32,323 nt of DNA from an uncultured Oscillospiraceae bacterium (GTDB lineage Bacteria; Bacillota; Clostridia; Christensenellales; CAG-314): NCBI GenBank assembly GCA_964483825.1, contig CAZADD010000005.1, positions 1-32,323 on the forward strand. The letters run 5' to 3'. The notes below the pieces were generated by a model that saw only the letters and a program-made list of their open reading frames with translations, searched no databases and was not told where the DNA came from. Positions 8,976-17,966 of the stretch are shown here, in pieces. Made by a program: the position numbers and the translations under genes. Position 1 is the stretch's first letter. Each line of letters starts with the position of its first letter.

Positions 8976-10152
8976 AAAATACGTCCCCTCCTTTTGCGGC
9001 AATTTGTTCGCACAGCACGTTGAAAAACAAAACGTACTTCACGGGATTGAATTTTTTGTTGCCTATAACTGCAAACGACTTGCCGTCGGCGTTTACAATC
9101 AGTTTTCGTCCGCCCACGCATGTGGCACTGGTGACGGAGTTCAGCGAAATTTCCGTCGTTGCAAAATGCAACGCTTTGTCATCCAAAAACATGTCGCCGC
9201 TTTGCAACAAAACGTGTTGCATGGTGCTTTGATCCCACAATTCCATGTCGGAATCTTTCAATATCACTTGGCTTGGCTCTATTTTGCTGTTGCGAACAAC
9301 TTCAAGTTGCATTTTGTACCAATCCACAAGTTTGAACGATGTTTCACTGCCATCGTGATGCAAGTGCAAGTCTTCGCCGTATTCCGCCTCGAATCCGCAT
9401 TCGGAACAGGTAATTTTTGCGCCCTTGGAATGCAACGTGGAAAAGGCTCCGCATTTCGGGCACACGAATAACAGCCGTTCCAAGTCTTCCGCACGCTTTG
9501 GGGAACGGTACTTTTGCCCCGAATCGGAATCGATAACTTTCAAGTTATCCACAACTTCGCGATACAAACTTTCGTCGTCCATTGCGGCAATTTCTTGCCA
9601 AGAAAGCACTTTTTTCACTTCGCCGTGGCTTTTGCCCTTGCGAACAACGCTTGACCAACGCGGATTCACGCCGTAGAGCCCATGCAGGTTGTACAAAACG
9701 ACGGGCATTTTCAGCATACGAATCATTTTGCAAATGGATTTGTCAATGTGGAACTGAAAATCGCACCAACAGCGATTTGCTTCGGGAAACATGCAAATAC
9801 TTCCGCCCTCTTTGGCAATTTGCCGCATTGTGCGCACACAGTTGATATCCGCTTCGCTTTTTCGCTTTTTGATGGGCGCAAGGGTGTAACGCAACAATTT
9901 TGAATACCACTTGTCGGTAAAAACTGTATCAGAAGTTACAAAATAGACGGGCATTTTGAAGCTTAACGCCAACAAAACGGGGTCCAAAACGCCTTGGTGG
10001 TTAGATAAAATAAGGTACTGATCGCCCTTTTTCAGTTTCATTTTCTTTGCCTTGAAGTGGTACTTCCACGCTATCACGTGAGCAATGGGGCGCACCGCCG
10101 CAAAGAAAAATTTGTGCCTACGTTTAACGTAGGCATTTTTGTTGTTTTTCAA
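8944..10152 (-). CDS. lysophospholipid (1-acyl-sn-glycerol-3-phosphate) acyltransferase family protein with C-terminal extension
   Basis: 402 aa. Acyltransferase motif I SNHQGVLD (NHxxxxD) and FPEAN motif. Overlaps the gltS start by ~30 bp. Confidence 0.75.
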   Translation of the reverse strand: MKNNKNAYVKRRHKFFFAAVRPIAHVIAWKYHFKAKKMKLKKGDQYLILSNHQGVLDPVLLALSFKMPVYFVTSDTVFTDKWYSKLLRYTLAPIKKRKSEADINCVRTMRQIAKEGGSICMFPEANRCWCDFQFHIDKSICKMIRMLKMPVVLYNLHGLYGVNPRWSSVVRKGKSHGEVKKVLSWQEIAAMDDESLYREVVDNLKVIDSDSGQKYRSPKRAEDLERLLFVCPKCGAFSTLHSKGAKITCSECGFEAEYGEDLHLHHDGSETSFKLVDWYKMQLEVVRNSKIEPSQVILKDSDMELWDQSTMQHVLLQSGDMFLDDKALHFATTEISLNSVTSATCVGGRKLIVNADGKSFAVIGNKKFNPVKYVLFFNVLCEQIAAKGGDVFYALSIDNVNG

Positions 10153-10451
10153 AATTATTCTCCGAACAAAAACACTAAACTTTTGTTAAATTATCGTATG
10201 TATTTCTTAAACACAGCTGAAAACACCACCGCAACCGTGTCGCCATGCCGGTGACGATTGCCACATGTCATCACACAAAAACTTGCACGGTTTTTGAGAT
10301 GCGAAAGAATAGCAAAAATTTATTTTGTGCGCACAACTTTCACTAACTAAACTGCAACTTTTATTTCTTCGACAGCACCGCCGTGGCTGAAAGAAATTTG
10401 CGACTTTGAAGCGGCAAAATTTGACGACGTTGTTACAATCCCCAAAACAAC

Positions 10452-10482
10452 AAAAAAGACCGAAACAAATTCGGTCTTTTTT
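10452..10482. terminator. bidirectional rho-independent terminator downstream of jag (end of rpmH-jag operon)
   Basis: Stem AGACCGAA / TTCGGTCT flanked by A6 and T6 runs. Confidence 0.7.
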
Positions 10483-10551
10483 AAGTTGTTTTCTTTTTTC
10501 CTTGTTTTAACAAGTTGTTTTCTTGTTCACGCAAGTTTTTGCCGTAACAAG

Positions 10552-11148
10552 TTATCTCCTTTTTTTGTCGCTGCGATAGACGAAATTCAATGTTTTTCTG
10601 GGGGCGTTGGGGGCGTTCAGCACGTTATTTTGTTCCTTTGGGGTGACAACAACATGGCGGAAGTTGCCTTGTCCTTCGCTTTCCGTTGTGACGTACTTGC
10701 TGTTTTGCAATGCCGTGTGAATAATGCGTCTTTCGTAGGGGTTCATGGGTTCCAATTTTGCGGCGTGGCCCGTGCGCTTAACCTTTTGTTCAAGGTTGCC
10801 TGCCAAACGTTGCAAGGTTTTTTCGCGTTTTTGGCGATAGCCTTCCGTATCCAACACAACGCGTTTGAATCCGTTGTTTTTGCCGTTCAACAGCAAGCTG
10901 CACAAATATTGCAATGCGTCCAACGTTTCGCCGTGATAGCCAATTACGGAGTTGCAATCTTCGCCGCTGATGTTCAAGCAAATTGCGTCTTCTTGCACGG
11001 ATGCTTCAACGGAAAATTCGCCAACATTCATTTTTTGCAAAACGGTTTCCAAAAATTCCTTTATTTTTAGCGTTTCGGCAGAAAGTTCCACTGCTTCAAC
11101 ACCGTTCTCGGAGGCAACGGCCTCCAAGCATTCTGTTTTTTCTGTCAT
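10552..11148 (-). CDS. khpB: Jag/KhpB RNA-binding protein (Jag-N, KH, R3H)
   Basis: 198 aa with KH-like GxxG region and C-terminal R3H-like segment (YERRIIHTALQ). Conserved position after yidC. Confidence 0.85.
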   Translation of the reverse strand: MTEKTECLEAVASENGVEAVELSAETLKIKEFLETVLQKMNVGEFSVEASVQEDAICLNISGEDCNSVIGYHGETLDALQYLCSLLLNGKNNGFKRVVLDTEGYRQKREKTLQRLAGNLEQKVKRTGHAAKLEPMNPYERRIIHTALQNSKYVTTESEGQGNFRHVVVTPKEQNNVLNAPNAPRKTLNFVYRSDKKRR

Positions 11149-11151
11149 AAA

Positions 11152-12507
11152 TTACCTCATATAGCTGGCCTTGTTGCTCTTTTCTTCCTGTTCCGTCTTG
11201 TTCAAACTTTTTTGCACCAACTTTTCCACAGGAACGCTCAATGCAACGGTAGAAAGCAAACTCAACGCATAACTGCACACCATGTAGATGGCAAAAGCAC
11301 CGGTATACATAAATCCGAACACGGCCATCATCAACGGCATCAAAATCATCATCATTTTGTTAGATGCGGCTTGTTGGCTGTTTTCTTCCACGGGTTTTTC
11401 GCCTTTCTTGGTGCGTTTATCCATTTTTTGAGAAACAAACATGGACAGGAACGACAACACAATGGACAAAATGGGCAGTATCATCAAACCGTTCCATTTG
11501 CCTTGATCGCCACGCACACCCGTCTCCAAAACGGCATTACGAATTGCATCGTAGTGGCCACGTCCGTTATCTCCTCCGAAAGCGGACATATCCACGGTAC
11601 TGCTGAAACCGTTGGAACTGTCGTCGTACTTAGGCATTATGGAAGCCCAGGTATCCGGTTGCCAAACATTTTGCAACCACAACCAACTTTCGTGCGAAAT
11701 TTCGTAGTACTCCGTCACTTTTTCCAAAGCAAACGTGTTGCATGCGGAAAAATCTTTATTTTTGTACTGCACGCCCAAATTGTTGATTCCGTCGATATAA
11801 GCTTTGACGTTGGATTCTGTGTAGTTGTTTCTTAAAAAGTTTTGATCGGTGTCAAAATCTTGGATATTGTTCTGTTCACGGTAAGCGTTGCGCTCTTCAT
11901 CCGTGTTCAAGTTGGCAAGTTGATCGTTCCAGTAGGAAACAATTTCGTCCCTCAAAAACTCAAATTCTTCGCCGCCGTCCTCTTTCACTGCCGAATAGTA
12001 GGCATCGAAGTAGGTTCCGGAAAGTGCCTGGAAATTGGTGACGCTGCTGTAAGTTGAGTAGGTTCTGAGTCCGCCGAACATAACGAAGAACACAACCATG
12101 GAAATGATCATGGGCAAGCACATGGAAAGCCCGCCTGCACCTTGCTTTTTGTAAAGCTTTTGCTTTTCTTCGTTGGAACGGGGCGTGTTTTCGCCGTAAC
12201 GACGGTCAATTTCCTTCAACAACGGTTGCAAACGTTGCATTTTCAACGTGGATTTTTTCGACGACACGCGTTGCCACAAATCTAGCGGCAACATCACAAT
12301 CTTCAAAAACACCGTAAAAACAACAACCGTCCAGCCGTAGTTGCCAATCCAACCGTGCATGGCTTTAACCAGCTTTCCGACAACGCCCAAATCCGCCTCA
12401 CCGTAGGTGAAGAAATCGGCTTTTTCACTGCTGCAACCTGCAAATAGGCAAAGGCAAAACACCACAAGCAGCACTGTCAAAAGTATTATTTGCGTATTTC
12501 TTTTCAT
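11152..12507 (-). CDS. yidC: YidC/Oxa1-family membrane protein insertase (lipoprotein form), unusually long (451 aa)
   Basis: Lipoprotein signal MKRNTQIILLTVLLVVFCLCLFAGC. Conserved YidC TM core. Operon position between yidD and jag. Confidence 0.9.
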   Translation of the reverse strand: MKRNTQIILLTVLLVVFCLCLFAGCSSEKADFFTYGEADLGVVGKLVKAMHGWIGNYGWTVVVFTVFLKIVMLPLDLWQRVSSKKSTLKMQRLQPLLKEIDRRYGENTPRSNEEKQKLYKKQGAGGLSMCLPMIISMVVFFVMFGGLRTYSTYSSVTNFQALSGTYFDAYYSAVKEDGGEEFEFLRDEIVSYWNDQLANLNTDEERNAYREQNNIQDFDTDQNFLRNNYTESNVKAYIDGINNLGVQYKNKDFSACNTFALEKVTEYYEISHESWLWLQNVWQPDTWASIMPKYDDSSNGFSSTVDMSAFGGDNGRGHYDAIRNAVLETGVRGDQGKWNGLMILPILSIVLSFLSMFVSQKMDKRTKKGEKPVEENSQQAASNKMMMILMPLMMAVFGFMYTGAFAIYMVCSYALSLLSTVALSVPVEKLVQKSLNKTEQEEKSNKASYMR

Positions 12508-12525
12508 TCATTCTCCCACAAACTA

Positions 12526-12768
12526 TCAAACAAACCACTTTTCTTTTCCGCGGAGATTTGTCGGAATCGGGTCAAAACCGCCCTTTCCCCACGGTGCGCA
12601 TCGCAACAAGCGTTTTAGCGTAAGCCAACTGCCCACGAAAAAACCAAACTCCGTGTAGGCTTCCATGGCGTAGACCGAACAGCTCGGCGAAAAAATACAC
12701 CGCTTGCCTTTCACCTTGGAAAAGGTTGCTTTGTACAGTTTTAGCAATGCAATTGCAACGTATTTCAC
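12526..12768 (-). CDS. yidD: membrane protein insertion efficiency factor YidD
   Basis: 80 aa with FSPSCSVYAMEA...RLLRCAPWGKGGFDPIP signature. 4-bp overlap with rnpA. Confidence 0.85.
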   Translation of the reverse strand: MKYVAIALLKLYKATFSKVKGKRCIFSPSCSVYAMEAYTEFGFFVGSWLTLKRLLRCAPWGKGGFDPIPTNLRGKEKWFV

Positions 12769-13097
12769 AACAGCAACCCTGCCTTTCCAAACAGTTTTTC
12801 CACACTGGTTTGGATATCTTGGAAAAGATAGGGCTGGTTTTTCCTTGGCACAAGCACAACGTTAAACCCGTTTTTGACACGAGGCATAACGGCAGATACC
12901 GCCGCTTTCATCTGCCTGCGAATTCTGTTGCGGCAAACGGCATGTCCGTACTTTTTGCTGACGGAAAACCCGACTTGCGATTGACTTTTGTTGCTTTTGC
13001 AGTACAACAGCACAAAGTTTTTGTCGGCAACGCTTTGAGCGTGCTTGTAAACGTAGCTGTACTGATAGTTTTTTTTAAGTCTGTAACAAGACTTCAA
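12765..13097 (-). CDS. rnpA: ribonuclease P protein component
   Basis: 110-aa basic protein downstream of rpmH; conserved RNR motif region (VCRNRIRRQMKAA). Confidence 0.85.
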   Translation of the reverse strand: MKSCYRLKKNYQYSYVYKHAQSVADKNFVLLYCKSNKSQSQVGFSVSKKYGHAVCRNRIRRQMKAAVSAVMPRVKNGFNVVLVPRKNQPYLFQDIQTSVEKLFGKAGLLL

Positions 13098-13112
13098 AAC
13101 GAAACGTCCTTA

Positions 13113-13247
13113 TTAAGCGGAAAGAGAGTGACGACCCTTGTTTCTTCTTCTTGCAAGCGTTCTGCGTCCGCCGGTGGTTTTCATTCTTGCGCGGAATCCG
13201 TGCACTTTGCTTCTTTGTCTTTTCTTGGGTTGATAGGTTCTTTTCAT
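13113..13247 (-). CDS. rpmH: 50S ribosomal protein L34
   Basis: [44 protein letters not shown] is a near-canonical L34. Start trimmed to the internal ATG, which has an AAGAAGGAG RBS. Confidence 0.92.
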   Translation of the reverse strand: MKRTYQPKKRQRSKVHGFRARMKTTGGRRTLARRRNKGRHSLSA

Positions 13248-13539
13248 GATATTCTCCTTCTTATGCGCCCTAAGCGCGTTATAGTAGTGGTTTTTGCTTG
13301 GCAAAAAAGTGCAAAACGCCCACTTCCCACCATAGCATTCGTTTTATTTTAACAAATAGCAAAACATAAGTCAAGTGTTTGCGCAACAACGGCACCACAA
13401 CAACCAATAACTTTTTGCAAGGGGCTTTTCCGTATTTTGTTGCGATGTTGAATACACCAAACTCAAGTTTTGGAGAAAAAGAAAGCTGGCACAGTAGGAT
13501 ACTTTTTGTGAATTTGTACATCTTTTAGATAAGTATAAT

Positions 13540-13960
13540 GAAAAAATATTTTGCACACAAATTTCTTTCTAACCCACCAACAAGGTAGTGTTAATAAAAC
13601 GGAATATTGCAATATGTTGTGGTTCACAAAGGCTCCCCTAACGTGCCTCAACTCTTCACTCGGCTGCACAGCAGCCACTTGGCTCCTTTGTGTAAAGAGA
13701 GCTGGAAGCGACTTCGTCGCAGTTAAAAGATAAGAGAGAAAAGAGAAAAGAAAAGGATACATTTTTTGAAATCTGAATAGTTGTTTTTGACAAATAGACT
13801 AGAAAAAATAGTTTTTTTCGTCAATTTTTACTAAAGGCACCATTTTTTGCTATTCACTATTACTTTTTCATTCGGTTACGTCAATACCCCTCTCAGTCAC
13901 CTGCGGTGCCAGCTCTCCCCAAGGGGCGAGCCAAGTGAGATAATTGCCCAATTGTGAAGC
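13540..13960. repeat. mosaic intergenic repeat cluster (family shared with 21540-21780, 22700-22900 and 26380-27180)
   Basis: Contains AAAAATATTTTGCACACAAATTT, CGACTTCGTCGC(C)AGTTAAAAGATAAGAGAGAAAAGAGAAAAGAAA, TTTTTGACAAATAGACTAG...TCGTCAATTTTTACTAAAG and CCCTCTCAGTCACCTGCGGTGCCAGCTCTCCCCAAGGGGCGAGCCAAG modules, all recurring elsewhere in the window. Confidence 0.8.
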
Positions 13961-14153
13961 TTGTGAGGATAAAACCGGTTTTCAACCAACCCGACAACCC
14001 AAGAAACTACACAAGTTTCTTATCCTGTCCCTTTTTCTTTTCACTCGTGCGGTTTGTTGCCCAAGTCGCCATTGACATCGGACGGCGACAATGATATACT
14101 GTTGTCAAACTCAAACACGGCACAATCTTTGGCGAAAACACACGGAGCAAACT

Positions 14154-15404
14154 ATGTCATCGTACAACGAACTAATAAAAAACTTTGAAAAGATACGGAC
14201 ATATATGCGTGATTTCTACCTTTTTGGGTTCAAAAGCCGTGACGACTATCAGGCAAAAAGCGCACGCTCCTACGACGACGAACGGCGAAGGCTGGAAAGC
14301 TGGCTGGGCGATCACATGAGTTTCGTGCGCACGGCGGAAGGCAAAAACGTTTTTATTTCCATCGACAGCCGTTCCATCAAGCACAATCCGCTTTACAACG
14401 CTTGGAAAGCCAAAAGTTTCACCGACGGCGACGTCACTTTGCACTTCGTTATTTTTGATATTTTGTGCAATTCGTCCGTAAAGCGCACCACTTCGGAACT
14501 GATGGACGAAATTGATGCCTACCTTGCCGATTTTCGCCAACCGATGCTTTTGGACGAATCCACCGTTCGCAAAAAACTGAAAGAATACTGCGAGGCCGGC
14601 ATTATCGTGGCGGAAAAAGTCGGGCGCAAAATTTACTATCGCCGGGCGGAGGACGACGAAACGCACCTGAACGACGTGTTGCACTTCTTTTCGGAAATTG
14701 CCCCTTGCGGCGTGATAGGTTCGTTTTTGTTGGATAAACAATCCGCCCACGACGACGCATTTTCCTTCAAACATCACTACATAACAGGTGCTTTGGATAG
14801 TGACGTTTTGGCAACGCTTTTTGTCGCCATGCGAGAACAGCGCATTGTTTCCGTAAGCAACAACAACCATCGCAAGGACGTTCCGCGGCGCAGTCGCATT
14901 GTGCCGCTAAGAGTGTTTGCAAGCGTGCAAAACGGAAGGCAACACCTTTTGGCATACGTACCGGAAGGAAACTGCTTCACATCCTACCGCATCGACTACC
15001 TTTCCAACATCAAGCTAGAAGAACAAACGCCCCGTTTTTGCGAACTTAGGCAGCAACTGGACGAAATTCAAACCAAAATGTGGGGCGTAAGCATCAAGCG
15101 CAACAGCCGTGGCGAAGACCGTTTGGAACATGTGGAATTCACCGTGAAAGTTGCCGAAAACGAGCAATACATCGTGCGGCGGCTGCAACGGGAAAAGCGT
15201 GTGGGAACGGTGGAAAAACTGGACGAAAACATCTACCGTTTTTCGGCGAACGTGTACGACAGCACAGAAATGATACCTTGGATACGCACCTTTATTTGCC
15301 GCATAACGCAACTTAACTTTTCCAACCGCAATGTTGAAAACCAATTCAAAAAGGACGTTGACGCAATGTGCCGCCTGTACGGCGTGAAAGGGGGCGAACA
15401 ATGA
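14154..15404 (+). CDS. WYL-domain transcriptional regulator (winged HTH + WYL-like + C-terminal extension), long N-terminal region
   Basis: wHTH-like segment TSELMDEIDAYLADFRQPMLLDESTVRKKLKEYCEAGIIVAEKVGRKIYY. WYL-like segment RIVPLRVFASVQNGRQHLLAYVPEGNCFTSYRIDYLSNI. Start placed at the internal ATG (MSSYNEL); a longer ORF from 14091 is possible. Confidence 0.7.
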   Translation: MSSYNELIKNFEKIRTYMRDFYLFGFKSRDDYQAKSARSYDDERRRLESWLGDHMSFVRTAEGKNVFISIDSRSIKHNPLYNAWKAKSFTDGDVTLHFVIFDILCNSSVKRTTSELMDEIDAYLADFRQPMLLDESTVRKKLKEYCEAGIIVAEKVGRKIYYRRAEDDETHLNDVLHFFSEIAPCGVIGSFLLDKQSAHDDAFSFKHHYITGALDSDVLATLFVAMREQRIVSVSNNNHRKDVPRRSRIVPLRVFASVQNGRQHLLAYVPEGNCFTSYRIDYLSNIKLEEQTPRFCELRQQLDEIQTKMWGVSIKRNSRGEDRLEHVEFTVKVAENEQYIVRRLQREKRVGTVEKLDENIYRFSANVYDSTEMIPWIRTFICRITQLNFSNRNVENQFKKDVDAMCRLYGVKGGEQ

Positions 15405-16312
15405 TTTTCAGTGAACTTTATTCCGCCTACTACAACACCGTTTCGGCAATTATTTCCGCCGTTTTGGACGGGGAAAACAACGAAAGAGAACTGCAAAAAA
15501 TAGTTGAAGAACATGCGTTTGGCGAAAGCGTACTCACCGTTTTGCCCAATTTGAAAAGCCAAAAATGGCAACTTTTGCGCACGGACGGCACAACGCCCAT
15601 CAAAAACAAACCGTCAATGCCGCTGACGACATTGCAAAAACAGTGGTTGAAAGCAATTTCGTTGGACCCGCGCATTCGGCTGTTTGACGAAACTTTCCCC
15701 AATTTGGAAGGTGTTGAGCCGCTGTTCACCCCGGACGACTTTCGCATTTACGATAAATACGGCGACGGCGACGATTTCGACAACCCTGAATACGTACGGC
15801 AATTTCGCGTTGTTTTGAACGCAATAAAACACGGCACTCAAATAAAGTTTGAAATGCCCAACCGCCGCGGCAACACCATGTTCGTGCGTTGCCGACCGTT
15901 AAGTTTGGAATATTCCCCAAAGGACGACAAATTCCGCGTCGTGATTGACGGCTGCCGTGCCGCAAGCGTAGTAAACCTTGCAAAAATCAGCCGTTGCGTT
16001 GCCTACGTGAGAGAAAAACCGCCCAACGGACGCTCGAAAAAGATTGTGCAAGACACCGTCACCGTTCAACTGACCAACTACCGAAACGCTTTAGAACGGT
16101 TCATGCTGCATTTTGCACACTTTGAAAAACAGGCGGAGCGGTTGGATAACAAACACTATCGAATAAAAATTCGCTACTTCCACGACGAAGAAGCGGACAT
16201 GGTGATACGAATTCTTTCCTTCGGGCCACTGGTAGAAGTGACCGAACCGTCTTCTTTCCGGAATTTGATAGTAGAAAAACTCAAAAAACAGCAAAACTGC
16301 GAACTCAAATGA
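15401..16312 (+). CDS. second WYL-like/WCX-like domain protein, translationally coupled (ATGA overlap) to the upstream WYL regulator
   Basis: Segments QIKFEMPNRRGNTMFVRCRPLSLEYSPKDDKFRVVIDGCRAASVVNLAKISRC and C-terminal HYRIKIRYFHDEEADMVIRILSFGPLVEVTEP resemble WYL plus the C-terminal extension. ATG at 15401 overlaps the TGA of the previous gene. Confidence 0.65.
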   Translation: MIFSELYSAYYNTVSAIISAVLDGENNERELQKIVEEHAFGESVLTVLPNLKSQKWQLLRTDGTTPIKNKPSMPLTTLQKQWLKAISLDPRIRLFDETFPNLEGVEPLFTPDDFRIYDKYGDGDDFDNPEYVRQFRVVLNAIKHGTQIKFEMPNRRGNTMFVRCRPLSLEYSPKDDKFRVVIDGCRAASVVNLAKISRCVAYVREKPPNGRSKKIVQDTVTVQLTNYRNALERFMLHFAHFEKQAERLDNKHYRIKIRYFHDEEADMVIRILSFGPLVEVTEPSSFRNLIVEKLKKQQNCELK

Positions 16313-16335
16313 GAGTTCGCAGCTTTTTTTCCGTG
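16296..16335 (+). terminator. rho-independent terminator overlapping the stop codon of the WYL pair
   Basis: 10-bp stem CTGCGAACTC / GAGTTCGCAG with the TGA stop in the loop, followed by T7. Confidence 0.75.
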
Positions 16336-16439
16336 AAAAACCAATAATTTGGCGGTAAAATACACTTGCAAGGTTGATTCACGCAAGTGCTTGACACAAA
16401 ACGTAACTGCGGTGCACCAGGATGTTCCAAAGTGTATGC

Positions 16440-16510
16440 CGAAAGAAACTTTGCGCGGTCGCAGGGCCCGAAAGCCCTCTCAACGCGGGTTCGAATCCCG
16501 CCTTAGCCAG
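16440..16510 (+). ncRNA. candidate structured RNA with tRNA-like T-arm (possible Y-RNA/YrlA-like or tRNA-derived att remnant)
   Basis: GCGGGTTCGAATCCCGC is a perfect tRNA T-stem-loop, preceded by hairpin AGGGCCCGAAAGCCCT and followed by CTTAGCCA plus a D-loop-like AGTGGATTGGTAG. No complementary 5' acceptor strand was found, so it is not a canonical tRNA. It lies in a 500-bp noncoding gap upstream of the SPFH-rtcB genes. Confidence 0.3.
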
Positions 16511-16808
16511 TGGATTGGTAGTGTTCAAAAGAACACAAAGGAATCGCACGCAACTGCGTGCACAAACAGTTTTTTTCACGACTATTCCAACGCCGTTCCG
16601 CCAATGTGCAACCTTTGAAAACTTGTTTTCCCCAAAGTTGCAAGGCAATGCGAACGCACGCTTTGCCCGAAAACGGATACCGCACGCTTCCCACCGTTGC
16701 CAAACAACACGTTCCGCAACGGGCAGAACGCGCTCAAGTTTTTGGCCGCTACGTTTTCATGAACGGTTGAGGAACCGACATTACTACCTTCAAGGAGGAT
16801 TACATATT

Positions 16809-17906
16809 ATGACAACGACAATCATCAATCAAAACCAAAAAGGATTTCTTTTCAAAAACGGAAAGTACGTTAAGTTGCTTGATGCCGGCAAGTACCGCTT
16901 GTTTGGCAAAGAAGTGGAAATTTCCGACTTCGATCAACCCATTTTTCCGCGCAAATGTGCGTTGGATACCTTGCTTCAAGACCAAAACGTGGCAAGCCAA
17001 GTAACCGTTGTGGAAGTGGCGGACGAACAACTTGCGTTGCACTACGTCAACGGCAACTTCGCCTCCGCTTTGCGCCAAGGCAAATATGCGTTTTGGAACG
17101 TTGTGGATAAGCACGAATTCAAAATTGTGGATATTTCCGATCCGACGGTGGACGAATCTATTTCGCCCTACGTGTTCACAAGAATTCCGCAAATCTACTA
17201 CACCAAGGCGGAAGTTGCAGAATACCAAAAGGGACTTTTGTACTTCAATCGCAAGTTTGTAAAGGTTTTGGAGCCCGGCACCTACTATTTTTGGAAAACA
17301 GCCGTGAAAGTGGACGTAGAATACGTTGACACACGCCTCACCCAAATGGACATTGCCGGCCAAGAAATTTTGACGGCGGATAAAGTTTCGTTGCGCATCA
17401 ACTTCACTTGCAACTACCGCATCACCGACTTTGTGAAAATAACCACGGAAGTGGACGACTTTGCCGAACACTTGCACGTTGCAGCACAACTGGCGTTGCG
17501 TGAATACGTGGGCAAGTACAAGCTGGACGAAATTTTGGAAAACAAGGACGAAATTTCCCAATTCGTGTTTGAAAAATTGAAAGAATGCGAAAAGGACTTG
17601 TTTGTGGAAATAACGTCCGCCGGCGTGAAAGATGTTATTTTGCCGGGCGAAATCCGCGAAATAATGAACACCGTTCTGATTGCGGAAAAACGCGCGCAAG
17701 CCAACGTCATCACTCGCCGTGAAGAGGTTGCTTCCACTCGTTCTTTGTTGAACACCGCAAAACTTATGGACGAAAACCAAACGTTGTACAAACTGAAAGA
17801 ATTGGAATACGTGGAACGCATTTGCGAAAACGTGGGCAACATTTCCTTGAACGGAAACGGGGATATTCTTTCTCAACTGACAAAAATACTGGGTGGCAAA
17901 GCCTAA
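16809..17906 (+). CDS. cytoplasmic SPFH/band-7 (stomatin/prohibitin-like) domain protein with triplicated N-terminal beta-hairpin motif
   Basis: 366 aa. AAGGAGGA RBS. SPFH core (ILTADKVSLRINFTCNYRI...ILPGEIREIMNTVLIAEKRAQ). No TM segment. Three N-terminal repeats of a GxLxxNGKyVKvLepGkYxFW-type motif. Start placed at the internal ATG; the upstream ORF extension lacks an RBS. Confidence 0.8.
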   Translation: MTTTIINQNQKGFLFKNGKYVKLLDAGKYRLFGKEVEISDFDQPIFPRKCALDTLLQDQNVASQVTVVEVADEQLALHYVNGNFASALRQGKYAFWNVVDKHEFKIVDISDPTVDESISPYVFTRIPQIYYTKAEVAEYQKGLLYFNRKFVKVLEPGTYYFWKTAVKVDVEYVDTRLTQMDIAGQEILTADKVSLRINFTCNYRITDFVKITTEVDDFAEHLHVAAQLALREYVGKYKLDEILENKDEISQFVFEKLKECEKDLFVEITSAGVKDVILPGEIREIMNTVLIAEKRAQANVITRREEVASTRSLLNTAKLMDENQTLYKLKELEYVERICENVGNISLNGNGDILSQLTKILGGKA

Positions 17907-17966
17907 CCTCGCGTGCGGCAAGCGTTGTCACCCAAAACAAATCGAGCCGCACGTAAAGGAGTATTT

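Noticed and set aside
13305-14090. Possible oriC (DnaA-box cluster or DUE) between rpmH and the WYL gene or upstream of dnaA
   Set aside because: No cluster of TTATNCACA-like boxes could be found by eye in either region (only isolated one-mismatch boxes elsewhere). The call needs computational box-density and skew analysis, so it is not reported as a feature.
16422-16808. 129-codon N-terminal extension of the SPFH ORF and ORFs 16349-16618 and 16379-16648
   Set aside because: The extension crosses a terminator and the tRNA-like element. The true start at 16809 has an AAGGAGGA RBS and matches where SPFH homology begins.
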